DNA of 64,000 nt from Candidatus Poribacteria bacterium (GCA_965215265.1 OZ244048.1:4000001-4064000), one strand, 5' to 3'. Positions 21,679 through 31,936 are shown, counted from the first letter of the stretch. The notes: generated by a model not told the origin, from the letters alone. Program-made: numbers and translations.

Positions 21679-22003
21679 ACGGATTTATATCACGATGCCG
21701 AAACTCCAAACCAAAGGTTCACTGCCTTTTGATGTACCCTCTTCATAGAGAAGCGCTGGAAGTTTGTTGCAGGCGGTTTATCCACTATACACCGTCCGGT
21801 ATGGTTTCTTTTCCTTCCTTCGCTTGACAGCAATTATGTTGCATAAAAATGCAGTTTATAGTATACTGCGGCTAATATTAACTACATAAAAGGAGTTTGC
21901 AACCTGAAGCATCAGAGACAAACAACTACAACGTGAAAGTTGTCTTTGACGAGCTCAAAAGCCTCGCCTCGCGTAGGCGACGGTAACTCGCGCGAACCCA
22001 AAC

Positions 22004-24700
22004 ATGTTTAAGAACAGAGACCCAAAACCGCGCCCTGAGTACCCGCGTCCAGATTTCCAACGCGGCACCTCCGAAGGCATTGATTGGATAAACCTCAACG
22101 GTACATGGGAATTTGCGTTTGACCCGGACGATGCCGGCGAACAAGAAAAATGGTTCGCCCCGGATCCAACGCACCTTTTTCCCATGCAAATCCAGGTTCC
22201 ATACCCTTGGGAGAGCCTCGCCGCATGGGGCGAAGAGGAAAATGCTCACAACGCAAATTACCTCAGCACAAACGCATACCTGGATGCAGAGCAGGTCACG
22301 TGCGGGGGACTAGACCGCAGCGGAAATTACAGGGAAGTACCACGACACACCATCGGGTGGTACCACACAACAGTATCCATACCAGAAAATTGGCGCGATA
22401 AACGCGTTATCCTTAAATTCGGGGCAGCTGACTGGCACGCTAAGCTCTGGGTCAACGGCCAATACATCGGAGAACACCAAAACGGATATCTGCCTTTTGA
22501 ATTTGACATCACCGACAAACTGAACGCCCAAAATACGCAGAAGATTACCGTTCGTGTCTATGATGCACAAGACCACGGAGAACAGACTGTCGGAAAACAG
22601 GCAAACTGGTACACCCGCACCAGCGGTTTATGGCAAACCGTCTATCTGGAACCAAGGAACGCCACTTATATCCAACAGTGCCACATAACACCAGATATTG
22701 ATGTTAGTTCCGCCAGTTTTAAGGTTACCATAGACGGGAACTGCGATAACATGAGGTTACGCTGGGACTGTGACGGAATAAAGGGACAGATTGAAGCGAC
22801 ACACAATACCGAATTCACCGTCGAAATCCCGCCCGAACAACTCCGCCTCTGGGAACCCGACACGCCGCATCTCTATGATGTCACCCTCGAATTGCTATCC
22901 GGGAACAGCACTATAGATTGCATCCACACCTATTTCGGGATGCGCAAAGTCTCTATTCAGAAGGCACCGCACGGCGACTATCAGTACATTTACCTCAACA
23001 ACCGTCCTGTTTACCTCCTCGGTGCACTCAATCAGTCCTTTAATCCTGAAGGTGTCTATACGTTCCTCACCGACGACGCTATCCGGACAGATATTGAGCG
23101 AGCCAAACAGTTCGGTTTCAATTTCCTCCGTCTCCACATTAAAGTAGACGAGCCACGTCTCTACTATTGGGCAGATAAACTGGGGATGCTGTTTATGTGC
23201 GATATTCCCAACTTCAGCCACTACACTGAAATAGCGAAAGCACGACTGGAAGAGACGCTTCGCGGCAACATCGCACGCGATTACAACCACCCCTCTATTA
23301 TCTCCTGGTGTGTTTTCAATGAGACGTGGGGCCTCGGGGGGCGCGAATACACAGAACTCAGCGAACGCCAAGAATGGGTGCGAGAGATGTACAAACTCGC
23401 CAAATCGCTTGACACAACACGACTCGTTGAGGATAACTCCCCCTGCCTCTATGATCACGTTGAGACAGACATTAACTCATGGCACTTCTATATTAACGAT
23501 TACGCCCAGGCAAAGGCGCACATCGCCAAGGTTGTGGCAGAGACGTACCCCGGCTCATCGTTTAACTATACCGGCGGAAACGTCCAGGCCGACGCCCCAC
23601 TTATCAATAGCGAGTACGGCGGCATCTCTGCCGGGGCCGGTGATAAAGATGTAGCGTGGTGTTTCAAATATCTCACCAACGAACTCCGCCTCCATCCCAA
23701 AATCTGCGGCTACGTCTACACAGAGCTCCAAGATATTGAATGGGAACACAACGGTTTCATGAACTACGACCGGTCGCTCAAGGAATTCGGGTACGATTAT
23801 ACGGATATCAATACGCTTGACTTTATCGCCATCGATTATCCACCCGGCACAACAGTCGCCGAAACGGATAAGGTATCCATAGGCATTTATGCCAGTCACT
23901 TCTCAAATAAAACGATTAACAGCGCAACACTCCACTGGCGACTGGACACGCTGGATGCAACAGGCACACTATCCAGAGACGTTGTATCAGGCACCCCCGT
24001 GCAAATTCCGTTCCCCCAATATCATGTTGAAAAGGTGCATCAACTTGAATTTACCGTGCCTCAGATCCATGGCACCGTCGGGACGTTAACCGTATGGGTA
24101 ACCGACGAAACAGATAGCGTCGTTGCACGGAACTTTGTTAATTTTGAGTTCTTTAAGGAGAACCAAAATCCGGTCAATCCGATTTCACACAGCACCGTTT
24201 ACTATAATCCAGGCGATGCTACTGCCAACGAGTGGGAGTCGGAAACCACATGCACTGAACCCCTTTTTTCTGCACAAGGATGCGGATACACTGAATATGT
24301 CATATCCCTGCCCGACACATCAGAAATCAAGAATGGACTCGAGCTCGTTTTTGAGGCATCCTCTTCGAACGGAGGCGCACGGCAAACCGAACCTGAGCAA
24401 TACCCATCAGATGTCACCATCTCTATCAACGGTATTGAAATCGAGACGGTGACACTTCCGGATTGCCCGGCTGATGCGCGCGGGGTACTCTCCTATATAC
24501 ACGGCCAGCCTGGGATATACGGATACCTAACCCACATTACAGTTGAAAGCACCAAACTCAAGCAGATACAGTCAAACTTGACAGATACCTTAACGGTGAG
24601 ATACGAAGTCAAACCGGATGCGAAAAACAGAGGCGGGTTCGCTCTCTACGGCAGCCGACTCGGTAGATTCCCAACGAGCCCACATCTTAAGTTTTCATAA
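22004..24700 (+). CDS. Glycoside hydrolase family 2
   Basis: LNGTWEF, FGAADW, SGLWQTVYL, FGMRK, RDYNHPSIISWCVFNETWG and SEYGG motifs. Confidence 0.9.
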   Translation: MFKNRDPKPRPEYPRPDFQRGTSEGIDWINLNGTWEFAFDPDDAGEQEKWFAPDPTHLFPMQIQVPYPWESLAAWGEEENAHNANYLSTNAYLDAEQVTCGGLDRSGNYREVPRHTIGWYHTTVSIPENWRDKRVILKFGAADWHAKLWVNGQYIGEHQNGYLPFEFDITDKLNAQNTQKITVRVYDAQDHGEQTVGKQANWYTRTSGLWQTVYLEPRNATYIQQCHITPDIDVSSASFKVTIDGNCDNMRLRWDCDGIKGQIEATHNTEFTVEIPPEQLRLWEPDTPHLYDVTLELLSGNSTIDCIHTYFGMRKVSIQKAPHGDYQYIYLNNRPVYLLGALNQSFNPEGVYTFLTDDAIRTDIERAKQFGFNFLRLHIKVDEPRLYYWADKLGMLFMCDIPNFSHYTEIAKARLEETLRGNIARDYNHPSIISWCVFNETWGLGGREYTELSERQEWVREMYKLAKSLDTTRLVEDNSPCLYDHVETDINSWHFYINDYAQAKAHIAKVVAETYPGSSFNYTGGNVQADAPLINSEYGGISAGAGDKDVAWCFKYLTNELRLHPKICGYVYTELQDIEWEHNGFMNYDRSLKEFGYDYTDINTLDFIAIDYPPGTTVAETDKVSIGIYASHFSNKTINSATLHWRLDTLDATGTLSRDVVSGTPVQIPFPQYHVEKVHQLEFTVPQIHGTVGTLTVWVTDETDSVVARNFVNFEFFKENQNPVNPISHSTVYYNPGDATANEWESETTCTEPLFSAQGCGYTEYVISLPDTSEIKNGLELVFEASSSNGGARQTEPEQYPSDVTISINGIEIETVTLPDCPADARGVLSYIHGQPGIYGYLTHITVESTKLKQIQSNLTDTLTVRYEVKPDAKNRGGFALYGSRLGRFPTSPHLKFS

Positions 24701-24774
24701 TCTGATAAAGATTGACAAATTCGGATGTCGAGCCCGTTCTACACGGTGCCGACAAAAAAGGAGCTTAAAAAACC

Positions 24775-25866
24775 ATGTCAGCCCCCCAATTTGTATTCAC
24801 ACGTACGCCGAACCTAGAGATTTCCTGGCCATTCCTTCACGAACGCATGGTCAGCCGGCTAGAAGCATTAGGCGTAACCCTTGTTCTCAACACAACGAGC
24901 AGGGCACCCCTCCACGAACAAGTCGATTTGGCTGATGCAATAGGTATCGCGCACTTCGGTGGCCAGCTGACGGATGCCTGCATCGAAAACGCGCCGAACC
25001 TCAAAGTTCTCGGCGCAATGACAGACAATTCCGGGCACGGCATTCCATTTGAGGCACTACAAGCACGCGGCATTCCCGTTATTGAATCAACGCGTGCCTG
25101 GGCACAATCGGTAGCGGAATGTGCCTTCGGGCTTGCGCTCTCCTCACTCCGCCGAACCGCGCAATGGCACATGCAGCTCGCAAACGGCGAGCAGCTATGG
25201 GACTTTGAAAATCCGAATTGGGGTCCGAATAAACTCCCAGCAGCACACCAATTCTGCGACGACCCGGACTTTGTCAACGGCGATCTCGGCACAAAACGCA
25301 TCGGGGTTATCGCCCTCGGACAGATCGGCAGGAAGATCGCACAATGGTGCAGAGCCTTTGGGGCAACCGTCATGGGATACGATCCGTACGTATCCGATGC
25401 CTTACTTCAGGAATGGGATATCCAACGTGTTGATATGGACGAGCTCGTCGATCAGGCTGATATTGTGTTCGTCGCCGTCCCGCCGACACCGTCTGCCCGG
25501 CACCTACTCAATCGCGAACGCATCAACCGCCTGCGTAAAGGTGCGTTGGTTGTCGTCATCACCCGTGCCTATGCCGTGGATATGGATGCTCTACGTGAAC
25601 GCATTGTCAAAGATGAACTCGCCGGGGCCTTTGATGTCTATGACAAAGAGCCGCTCCCGCTTGATGACTCGCTGCGCAATCGCGATAACGTCGTACACAC
25701 CCCGCATATCGCCGGCAGAACGATAGACTCAAACCTACGCGTCGCCGATATGATTGTTGACGACTTCGTCCGTGTGCTCAACGGAGAAGCACCCCTAGGT
25801 GAACTAACACCTGCAGCCGCTGAAGTGAGAAACTCACCGACTCCACTCGAAACTAAAGCAGGTTAA
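24775..25866 (+). CDS. D-isomer-specific 2-hydroxyacid dehydrogenase
   Basis: SVAE, LGQIG, DVYDKEP, TPHIAG. Confidence 0.85.
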   Translation: MSAPQFVFTRTPNLEISWPFLHERMVSRLEALGVTLVLNTTSRAPLHEQVDLADAIGIAHFGGQLTDACIENAPNLKVLGAMTDNSGHGIPFEALQARGIPVIESTRAWAQSVAECAFGLALSSLRRTAQWHMQLANGEQLWDFENPNWGPNKLPAAHQFCDDPDFVNGDLGTKRIGVIALGQIGRKIAQWCRAFGATVMGYDPYVSDALLQEWDIQRVDMDELVDQADIVFVAVPPTPSARHLLNRERINRLRKGALVVVITRAYAVDMDALRERIVKDELAGAFDVYDKEPLPLDDSLRNRDNVVHTPHIAGRTIDSNLRVADMIVDDFVRVLNGEAPLGELTPAAAEVRNSPTPLETKAG

Positions 25867-26102
25867 TCTGTTCGTCTGGTGTTTTTACAAAACGCTTAGA
25901 TGTGCTGTCAATGCCCGCACTCAACACAGCGGGCATGGCATCACGTACCCGAAGCGAGCGTCCCTGCAAAAATGACGGTGTTTTCCTCCTTATCTGCAAA
26001 ACACCCGGGCAGGAACAACGAAAAAAGTGGGGCAGCTCGCCCAATAGAACGTCGCGCTCGAAACCATAAGCCGCAAACCACCCGGTAGGGAACAACGAAA
26101 GC

Positions 26103-27209
26103 ATGCAAAACGAGAAACTTATCCGACCGGACATTGCTCACATGGCACCGTATACACCTATTGTGCCGTTTGAAATCCTCAGCGAACGCCTTGGCATACC
26201 ACCGCAGCACATCATTAAATTGGATGCCAACGAGAACCCATACGGCCCCTCGCCTCGTGTCTATCAAGCACTCGCGGACGAAGCATACTATCATATCTAC
26301 CCAGATCCTGAAAGCACCGCACTTCGCCACGCATTAAGCGAGTATATAGGCGTAGATACATCACACATCGTCGCAGCACACGGCGCGGATGAACTCATAG
26401 ATCTCATCATTCGTCTTTTTATTACGCCGACAGACATCGTCATCAACTGTCCGCCTACGTTCGGCATGTACCAGTTTGACACGGAGCTGAATGGCGGCAC
26501 CGTCCTTGACATCTCCCGAAACTCCGATTTTTCGTTGGATACTGCAAACGTCCAAGGAGCCATTGAACGGATCGACCGGGTCAAATTGCTGTTTATTACC
26601 AGTCCGAACAATCCGGATGGCGGTATTCTCCCTGACGCATGTCTCCGGAAACTCCTCGCGCTGCCCCTGATCGTCATCTTAGATGAAGCCTACATCGAAT
26701 TTGCCGGCTCAGCGAATCACACCAGCAGTCGCGCAGCTTGGGTTTTGGAGCATGAAAACCTCATTGTTCTCCGAACCTTTAGCAAATGGGCAGGACTCGC
26801 AGGATTGCGGATCGGATACGGGATTTTCCCACACTGGATACTTTCGCATCTCTTGAAGATTAAGCAACCCTACAATGTCAACGTCGCCGGAACAGCCGCC
26901 GCCTTGGCATCACTTGCTGATATAGAACTGTTGATGCAAAACGTCCAAAAAATTCAGACCGAGCGCGAGCACCTCTATAAATCCTTAGCCCAATTTGATT
27001 TTTTACAACCGTATCCGAGCCAAGCCAACTTCATTCTCTGTCGCGTTATCGGCAGCGATGCCGCCGAACTCAAGAACGCCTTAGAACGACAAGGCATACT
27101 CATCCGTTATTTCAGAAAACCGGGACTCACAGACTACGTCCGAATCAGTGTCGGAACGCCGGCGCAAACATCTACCCTTTTAAAGACACTCGCAAAAAAA
27201 ACTGTATAA
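26103..27209 (+). CDS. hisC: Histidinol-phosphate aminotransferase
   Basis: KLDANENP, SPNNP, DEAY, RTFSKWAGLAGLRIGY. Confidence 0.92.
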   Translation: MQNEKLIRPDIAHMAPYTPIVPFEILSERLGIPPQHIIKLDANENPYGPSPRVYQALADEAYYHIYPDPESTALRHALSEYIGVDTSHIVAAHGADELIDLIIRLFITPTDIVINCPPTFGMYQFDTELNGGTVLDISRNSDFSLDTANVQGAIERIDRVKLLFITSPNNPDGGILPDACLRKLLALPLIVILDEAYIEFAGSANHTSSRAAWVLEHENLIVLRTFSKWAGLAGLRIGYGIFPHWILSHLLKIKQPYNVNVAGTAAALASLADIELLMQNVQKIQTEREHLYKSLAQFDFLQPYPSQANFILCRVIGSDAAELKNALERQGILIRYFRKPGLTDYVRISVGTPAQTSTLLKTLAKKTV

Positions 27210-27433
27210 TAATTATTGAATTCGACAAAACAATCTGTATAATAATTATACATATAAACCACAATATGTATAAAAATTGACAAAAATTATACATATCGGC
27301 TTGCTAAAGGTAGTCTAATATGACAAAAAAGCCATAATTCACACGATGAGTCACTGTGTACAGAAAACACGTCCACACAGTTTTGTCATCCTTGCCGCGT
27401 CCGAGTATCAAGGGACGGTGGTTCTCCGTGATG

Positions 27434-27748
27434 TTACGTGTCAGTACCGTTGTCAGCTGTCTCCAGCTGCCGCACGAGTTCTGCACGCACCGCCGGAGAT
27501 AAATGAAGTCCGGCTAACCGCTCCTCGGGGCTGAGTCCTTTGACACGTTCATCGGGACTCAGGCGTGCTAACATATCGGCCCGTTCTGCTGCGGGTAGAC
27601 TCACTAACATATCGGTGCGTTCTTGAGGGCTCAAGCGGGCCAGCATGTCAGCACGCTCTTCCGATGTCAGCGCCGACAGCAGCTTCGGACCTAAAGTCGT
27701 CGCAACTTCGCGAAGACGACTCTGAAACAAATCTTGACGGCCTTCCAT
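27434..27748 (-). CDS. Putative internally initiated small protein (104 aa, repeat tail) of copy A
   Basis: GGAGGAGGT-7 nt-ATG in frame at codon 216. Confidence 0.55.
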   Translation of the reverse strand: MEGRQDLFQSRLREVATTLGPKLLSALTSEERADMLARLSPQERTDMLVSLPAAERADMLARLSPDERVKGLSPEERLAGLHLSPAVRAELVRQLETADNGTDT

Positions 27749-28393
27749 TTCACAAACCTCCTCCGTGACTTCCGGCTGCAAATACAACGCGGAGTCAAAA
27801 TATAACGTATTCTCTTCCGTTATCACACGCCGCAGGAACGCACGAAACTGTTTCTGCGACGACGCAAACAGCAGCAACCAATAATTCGGCTCAACCAGTG
27901 CCACTTCATTGCAAATCAACAGATGCACCGGCACGCCATCCATCAACCGATAATGCCCTGCCTCCAATGGCTCCCACGGCGCCCCAAAAGGCGGACGGGA
28001 GAGCAGCACCCGCGGCTTCCGAGACGACACTATCGTGAGGGTTAACTCGGTTGCCGGCACCTGCTTATCTGCCAGATAACCACGCGCACGCATACAAATC
28101 CGGTGATACGCAGAGGCATTCAACGGGTCGTTTTGTCCTTTGAATTCAAACAGATTATGCGTGCGTAAGTAAGAGAGCAGCGGGTTGGCACGCACTCTCG
28201 CGCGGGCTGCGGCACTTTCGAGGAGAACGAGTGCATCTATACGCTGCGGCACCCGGTTGACTTCTATCTCTGTCTCTATAGAGGCACCCAGCCCAGAGAA
28301 TAGCAGGGCCAGGAACTCTTTGAAGAAAGGGTCCCAGAGTTTCCGTTTGCTTTGTGTTTCTTTAGATGTCTCTGGTGCCGTAGTTTGCCTCAT
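27434..28393 (-). CDS. Rpn-like PD-(D/E)XK protein with C-terminal helical repeats, copy A
   Basis: WDPFFK, TEIEV...RID...NLFEFK nuclease-like motif; tail of 3x12-aa plus 2x9-aa repeats. Confidence 0.75.
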   Translation of the reverse strand: MRQTTAPETSKETQSKRKLWDPFFKEFLALLFSGLGASIETEIEVNRVPQRIDALVLLESAAARARVRANPLLSYLRTHNLFEFKGQNDPLNASAYHRICMRARGYLADKQVPATELTLTIVSSRKPRVLLSRPPFGAPWEPLEAGHYRLMDGVPVHLLICNEVALVEPNYWLLLFASSQKQFRAFLRRVITEENTLYFDSALYLQPEVTEEVCEMEGRQDLFQSRLREVATTLGPKLLSALTSEERADMLARLSPQERTDMLVSLPAAERADMLARLSPDERVKGLSPEERLAGLHLSPAVRAELVRQLETADNGTDT

Positions 28394-28426
28394 CTATCTG
28401 CTTAGACGCTCCACTTCTCATAATAA

Positions 28427-28456
28427 AGTATAGCAGCCTCCCTATTATTTTGTCAA
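28427..28456 (-). promoter_or_regulatory. Sigma70-type promoter of the Rpn-like gene (second copy at 30004-30033)
   Basis: TTGACA-18 nt-TATACT with an extended -10 TG. Confidence 0.65.
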
Positions 28457-28513
28457 GGCAGTCTCCAGATTTCGCTTCTCAAAGTGGCCTCGACGCTTCT
28501 CTCTATCCAAAAC

Positions 28514-28558
28514 AAAAAAAACCAGGGGCAGCCATGTGAGGGTGGCTGCCCCTGGTTT
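28514..28558 (-). terminator. Intrinsic terminator
   Basis: aaccaggggcagcca/tggctgcccctggtt stem followed by a T-tract on the minus strand. Confidence 0.85.
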
Positions 28559-28573
28559 AGGTTAGGTTAAATA

Positions 28574-28768
28574 TCACTGAGGTGACTCTTGTGATTTGAG
28601 CGTCGCCCAGCGTTCGGTAAGTTTTCCGTCTGCACTCAGATGCCCTCTCAACCGCGTTGTCTGCAGCGTCTGCAGCCCCCCGGCGTTTCCAAGTATCGCC
28701 ACGGCGGCTGTTGAATCCAGCGTTGTTGAACTCAGATCCGGTTGCTCAACTGATGACGGTTTTATCAT
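28574..28768 (-). pseudogene. Orphan C-terminal fragment of a secreted protein ending GKLTERWATLKSQESPQ
   Basis: Unique sequence between the two duplicated units. The motif resembles the C-terminal GKLxxxWxxLK signature I recall from Poribacteria exported proteins. Confidence 0.55.
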
Positions 28769-28812
28769 CCTTGCCGCGTTCGAGTATCAAGGGACGGTGG
28801 CTCTCCGTGATG

Positions 28813-29325
28813 TTACGTGTCAGTACCGTTGTCTGCTACCTCCAGCTGCCGCACGAGTTCTGCACGCACCGCCGGAGATAAATGAAGTCCGGCTAACCGC
28901 TCATCGGGAGTGAGTCCTTTGACGCGCTCATCGGGGCTGAGTCCTTCGACGCGCTCATCGGGGCTGAGTCCTTCGACGCGCTCATCGGGACTCAGGCGTG
29001 CCAACATATCGGCGCGTTCTGCCGCGGGTAGACTCGCCAACATATCGGCACGTTCTGCGGCGGGTAGACTCGCCAACATATCGGCACGTTCTGCGGCGGG
29101 TAAACTCGCCAACATATCGGCACGTTCTGCCGCAGATAGCCTTGCTAACATGTCCGCACGGGCTTCAGCGGGCAGCCGTGCGAGCAGATCCGCCCGGTCT
29201 TGAGGGCTCAAGCGGGCCAGCATGTCCGCCCGCTCCTCCGATGTCAGTGCTGACAGCAGCTTCGGACCTAAAGTCGTCGCAACTTCGCGAAGACGACTCT
29301 GAAACAAATCTTGACGGCCTTCCAT
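28813..29325 (-). CDS. Putative internally initiated small protein (170 aa, repeat tail) of copy B
   Basis: Same GGAGGAGGT-7 nt-ATG at codon 216. Confidence 0.55.
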   Translation of the reverse strand: MEGRQDLFQSRLREVATTLGPKLLSALTSEERADMLARLSPQDRADLLARLPAEARADMLARLSAAERADMLASLPAAERADMLASLPAAERADMLASLPAAERADMLARLSPDERVEGLSPDERVEGLSPDERVKGLTPDERLAGLHLSPAVRAELVRQLEVADNGTDT

Positions 29326-29970
29326 TTCACAAACCTCCTCCGTGACTTCCGGCTGCAAATACAACGCGGAGTCAAAATATAACGTATTCTCTTCTGTTAT
29401 CACACGCCGCAGGAACGCACGAAACTGTTTCTGCGCCGACGCAAACAGCAGCAACCAATAATTCGGTTCAACCAGTGCCACTTCATTGCAAACCAACAGA
29501 TGCACCGGCACGCCATCCATCAACCGATAATGCCCTGCCGCCAACGGCGCCCACGGCGCCCCAAAAGGCGGATGTGTCAGCAGCGCCCGCGGCTTCCGAG
29601 ACGACACTATCGTCAGGGTTAACTCGGTTGCAGGCACCTGCTTATCTGCCAGATAACCACGCGCACGCATACAAATCCGGTGATACGCCGATTCATTCAA
29701 CGGGTCGTTCTGCCCTTTGAACTCGAACAGATTATACGTGCGTAAGTAAGAGAGCAGCGGATTGGCACGCACTCTCGCCCGGGCTGCGGCGCTTTCGAGG
29801 AGAGCGAGTGCATCTATACGCTGCGGCAACCGGTTGACTTCTATCTCTGTCTGGATAGAGGCACCCAGCCCAGAGAACAGCAGGGCCAGGAACTCTTTGA
29901 AGAAAGGGTCCCAGAGTTTGCGTTTGCTTTGTGTTTCTTTAGATGTCTCCGGTGCCATAGTTTGCCTCAT
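28813..29970 (-). CDS. Rpn-like PD-(D/E)XK protein with C-terminal helical repeats, copy B
   Basis: Close paralog of copy A; tail of 7x12-aa plus 4x9-aa repeats. Confidence 0.75.
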   Translation of the reverse strand: MRQTMAPETSKETQSKRKLWDPFFKEFLALLFSGLGASIQTEIEVNRLPQRIDALALLESAAARARVRANPLLSYLRTYNLFEFKGQNDPLNESAYHRICMRARGYLADKQVPATELTLTIVSSRKPRALLTHPPFGAPWAPLAAGHYRLMDGVPVHLLVCNEVALVEPNYWLLLFASAQKQFRAFLRRVITEENTLYFDSALYLQPEVTEEVCEMEGRQDLFQSRLREVATTLGPKLLSALTSEERADMLARLSPQDRADLLARLPAEARADMLARLSAAERADMLASLPAAERADMLASLPAAERADMLASLPAAERADMLARLSPDERVEGLSPDERVEGLSPDERVKGLTPDERLAGLHLSPAVRAELVRQLEVADNGTDT

Positions 29971-30085
29971 CTATCTGCTTAGACGCTTCACTTCTCATAA
30001 TAAAGTATAGCAGCTTCTCTGTTATTTTGTCAAGGCAGTCTCCAGATGTCGCTTCTCAAGGCGGCCTCGGTGCTTCTCTGAAAGC

Positions 30086-30129
30086 AAAAAAAACCAGGGG
30101 CAGCCATGTGAGGGTGGCTGCCCCTGGTT
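30086..30129 (-). terminator. Intrinsic terminator after the LRR gene
   Basis: Same hairpin as 28514-28558, with a T-tract. Confidence 0.85.
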
Positions 30130-30184
30130 AGGTTAGTTTAGTTTAACTTAGATTTCACTGAGTTTATTCTTCCGAGTTAAGTTG

Positions 30185-31936
30185 TTAATCTGACAGCGGC
30201 GAGATATCCGACACTTGTGTATCACTAAGATCCAGCACTTTCAAGTTGGTTAGGTCTGACAGAGGTGTGATATCCTCTACTGGCGTACCCGAGAGAGACA
30301 GCTCTACCAAGCTGGTGAGGGTTGACAGCGCTGAGATATCCGACACTTCTGTATCACTGAGATCCAGCGTTTCCAAGTTGGTGGCGTGTTCAAGTCCAGT
30401 CAAAACGCTAATGTCTGAGCCACCTAAATCTAGGCTTGTCAAGTCTAGCATATGTGCCACGGTCACAGCCGTCCCAGCGGTGATGTCGAGTTCCTCCTTG
30501 ATTTTCGCAAGGAGCGTCTCATCCGGAATGGTCACCTCGCCGCCTGTTGTATCTACTGGCACCGTCAGCGTATTCGAGGCACGGCTCAGGTTGCCCGCTA
30601 TGTCCATTGTGGCATTCTCTGGCACCCTTATTTCCACATTTCCGTCAAAACCCGACGGCGGCGTGATAGTCGCTCTGTAGACTTTGAAGGCGGAACTATG
30701 TTTCACCAACCCCAGATCATCATTCCCCGGCGCAAAACCGGGATCCCGATGGTCTAAGCCGATTAACATCGGGGCTGAAACCTGCCAATCAGCCGTGGTG
30801 GTGCCTAGTGTCACCGCGGTGCCATCTGCCTGGAGCGTAATGTCCGTCGCCTCGAAGCCTCGCGTGGTATCTGCAATCACACCATCATAGCCATTTCCAA
30901 TCCCATAATTGTAGAATAGGAATTCCACATCAAAGGACTCTGTCTGAGTGTCACGTTCGGTAACAGGCGGATTGGGCTCTGCCGCTTCAAACGGTGCAAA
31001 ATTCACATAGGCGGTGCGGTAACCCGTCTGAACATCATGAGTCCCGTCCTTGATCAGCCCGGGAATCCTCACACTCGCCCGTTTAGCATCTACTTGATAG
31101 TTAAGGCCGGTATGAATAAAAGGGTCCGTAGTCGGCGTCTTATCGTTTGAACCCAGCCGGCCAACGTAAAAGTCCTTCTGAAGCTTTAGTGAGTAGATAT
31201 TATTCGCAGAAGTTTCCCACTTATGATCAGCGAGGGTGTCCGAGACGGGGTTCGCGACGTCCTCGTCATTATCTATGATGAAATTCTCGTCATCATCATC
31301 ATACGCCTCAGCCAGCCAATTTATATTAATGCCATCGCCGAAAACGTTATCACCGTCTTGCACCGTGTATGTGAAATATACGACTTTAAGATCGGTGTCC
31401 GCATCGGTCCTTGCTGAATCATAGACGGCATTTAGCTCAGTAACCTTTTCGGGGGAGCGGAATTTCTCACCGTCAAACACTAGACCCAGGGCCGGCAGCT
31501 CGGACGTTCCATCGTGCTGGACTTTGACATCTATATCAAATGTCAACTTAAGAACGATTTCATCTGTATTACCGAAAACTTTAATCTCTAGGCCCATGGC
31601 GGGGTTGGAGTACCCGGGAGCAGTCAGAATGATGTCCCCTCTCTGTCCTGCTACTAGATCCTTCCGAGCCGCGGTTCTTCTCGCGGGATCGGTATTATCC
31701 TCCCAATCTTGATATAAATATTGCCTGCTATACGAATAGAGCGAATTGCCTGTATGTGTACCTTCACTCTCTATCTCAACCTTCTCTAACGTCGGTTTCG
31801 CTGCCTGCACAGTAGCCATCGGTGCGGCTAACATCACAACCCCGGCTATCGAAATTACAGATGAGATAAATCTGACACTCAACACGCAAATAAAATACTT
31901 AACATATAGAAGGGGGGGGTGCATTCTTCTCTTCAT
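30185..31936 (-). CDS. Secreted protein with Ig-like regions and internalin-type leucine-rich repeats
   Basis: Signal peptide; FTYTVQDGD and DIAGN Ig-like motifs; IPDxxL cap followed by 22-aa LRRs (LTNLKVLDLSDTQVSDISPL). Confidence 0.8.
   Translation of the reverse strand: MKRRMHPPLLYVKYFICVLSVRFISSVISIAGVVMLAAPMATVQAAKPTLEKVEIESEGTHTGNSLYSYSRQYLYQDWEDNTDPARRTAARKDLVAGQRGDIILTAPGYSNPAMGLEIKVFGNTDEIVLKLTFDIDVKVQHDGTSELPALGLVFDGEKFRSPEKVTELNAVYDSARTDADTDLKVVYFTYTVQDGDNVFGDGININWLAEAYDDDDENFIIDNDEDVANPVSDTLADHKWETSANNIYSLKLQKDFYVGRLGSNDKTPTTDPFIHTGLNYQVDAKRASVRIPGLIKDGTHDVQTGYRTAYVNFAPFEAAEPNPPVTERDTQTESFDVEFLFYNYGIGNGYDGVIADTTRGFEATDITLQADGTAVTLGTTTADWQVSAPMLIGLDHRDPGFAPGNDDLGLVKHSSAFKVYRATITPPSGFDGNVEIRVPENATMDIAGNLSRASNTLTVPVDTTGGEVTIPDETLLAKIKEELDITAGTAVTVAHMLDLTSLDLGGSDISVLTGLEHATNLETLDLSDTEVSDISALSTLTSLVELSLSGTPVEDITPLSDLTNLKVLDLSDTQVSDISPLSD

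Larger units (their letters stand above)
27381..30140. repeat. Direct duplication of a terminator-promoter-gene cassette (27381-~28570 and 28760-~30140)
   Basis: Both units share the downstream 50 bp, the CDS, the promoter and the terminator hairpin. Confidence 0.9.

Noticed and set aside
21897-21986. 29-aa small ORF or tmRNA tag-like sequence upstream of GH2
   Set aside because: The SD is only 1 nt from the TTG, and there are no tRNA-like ends or Ala-Ala tag terminus.
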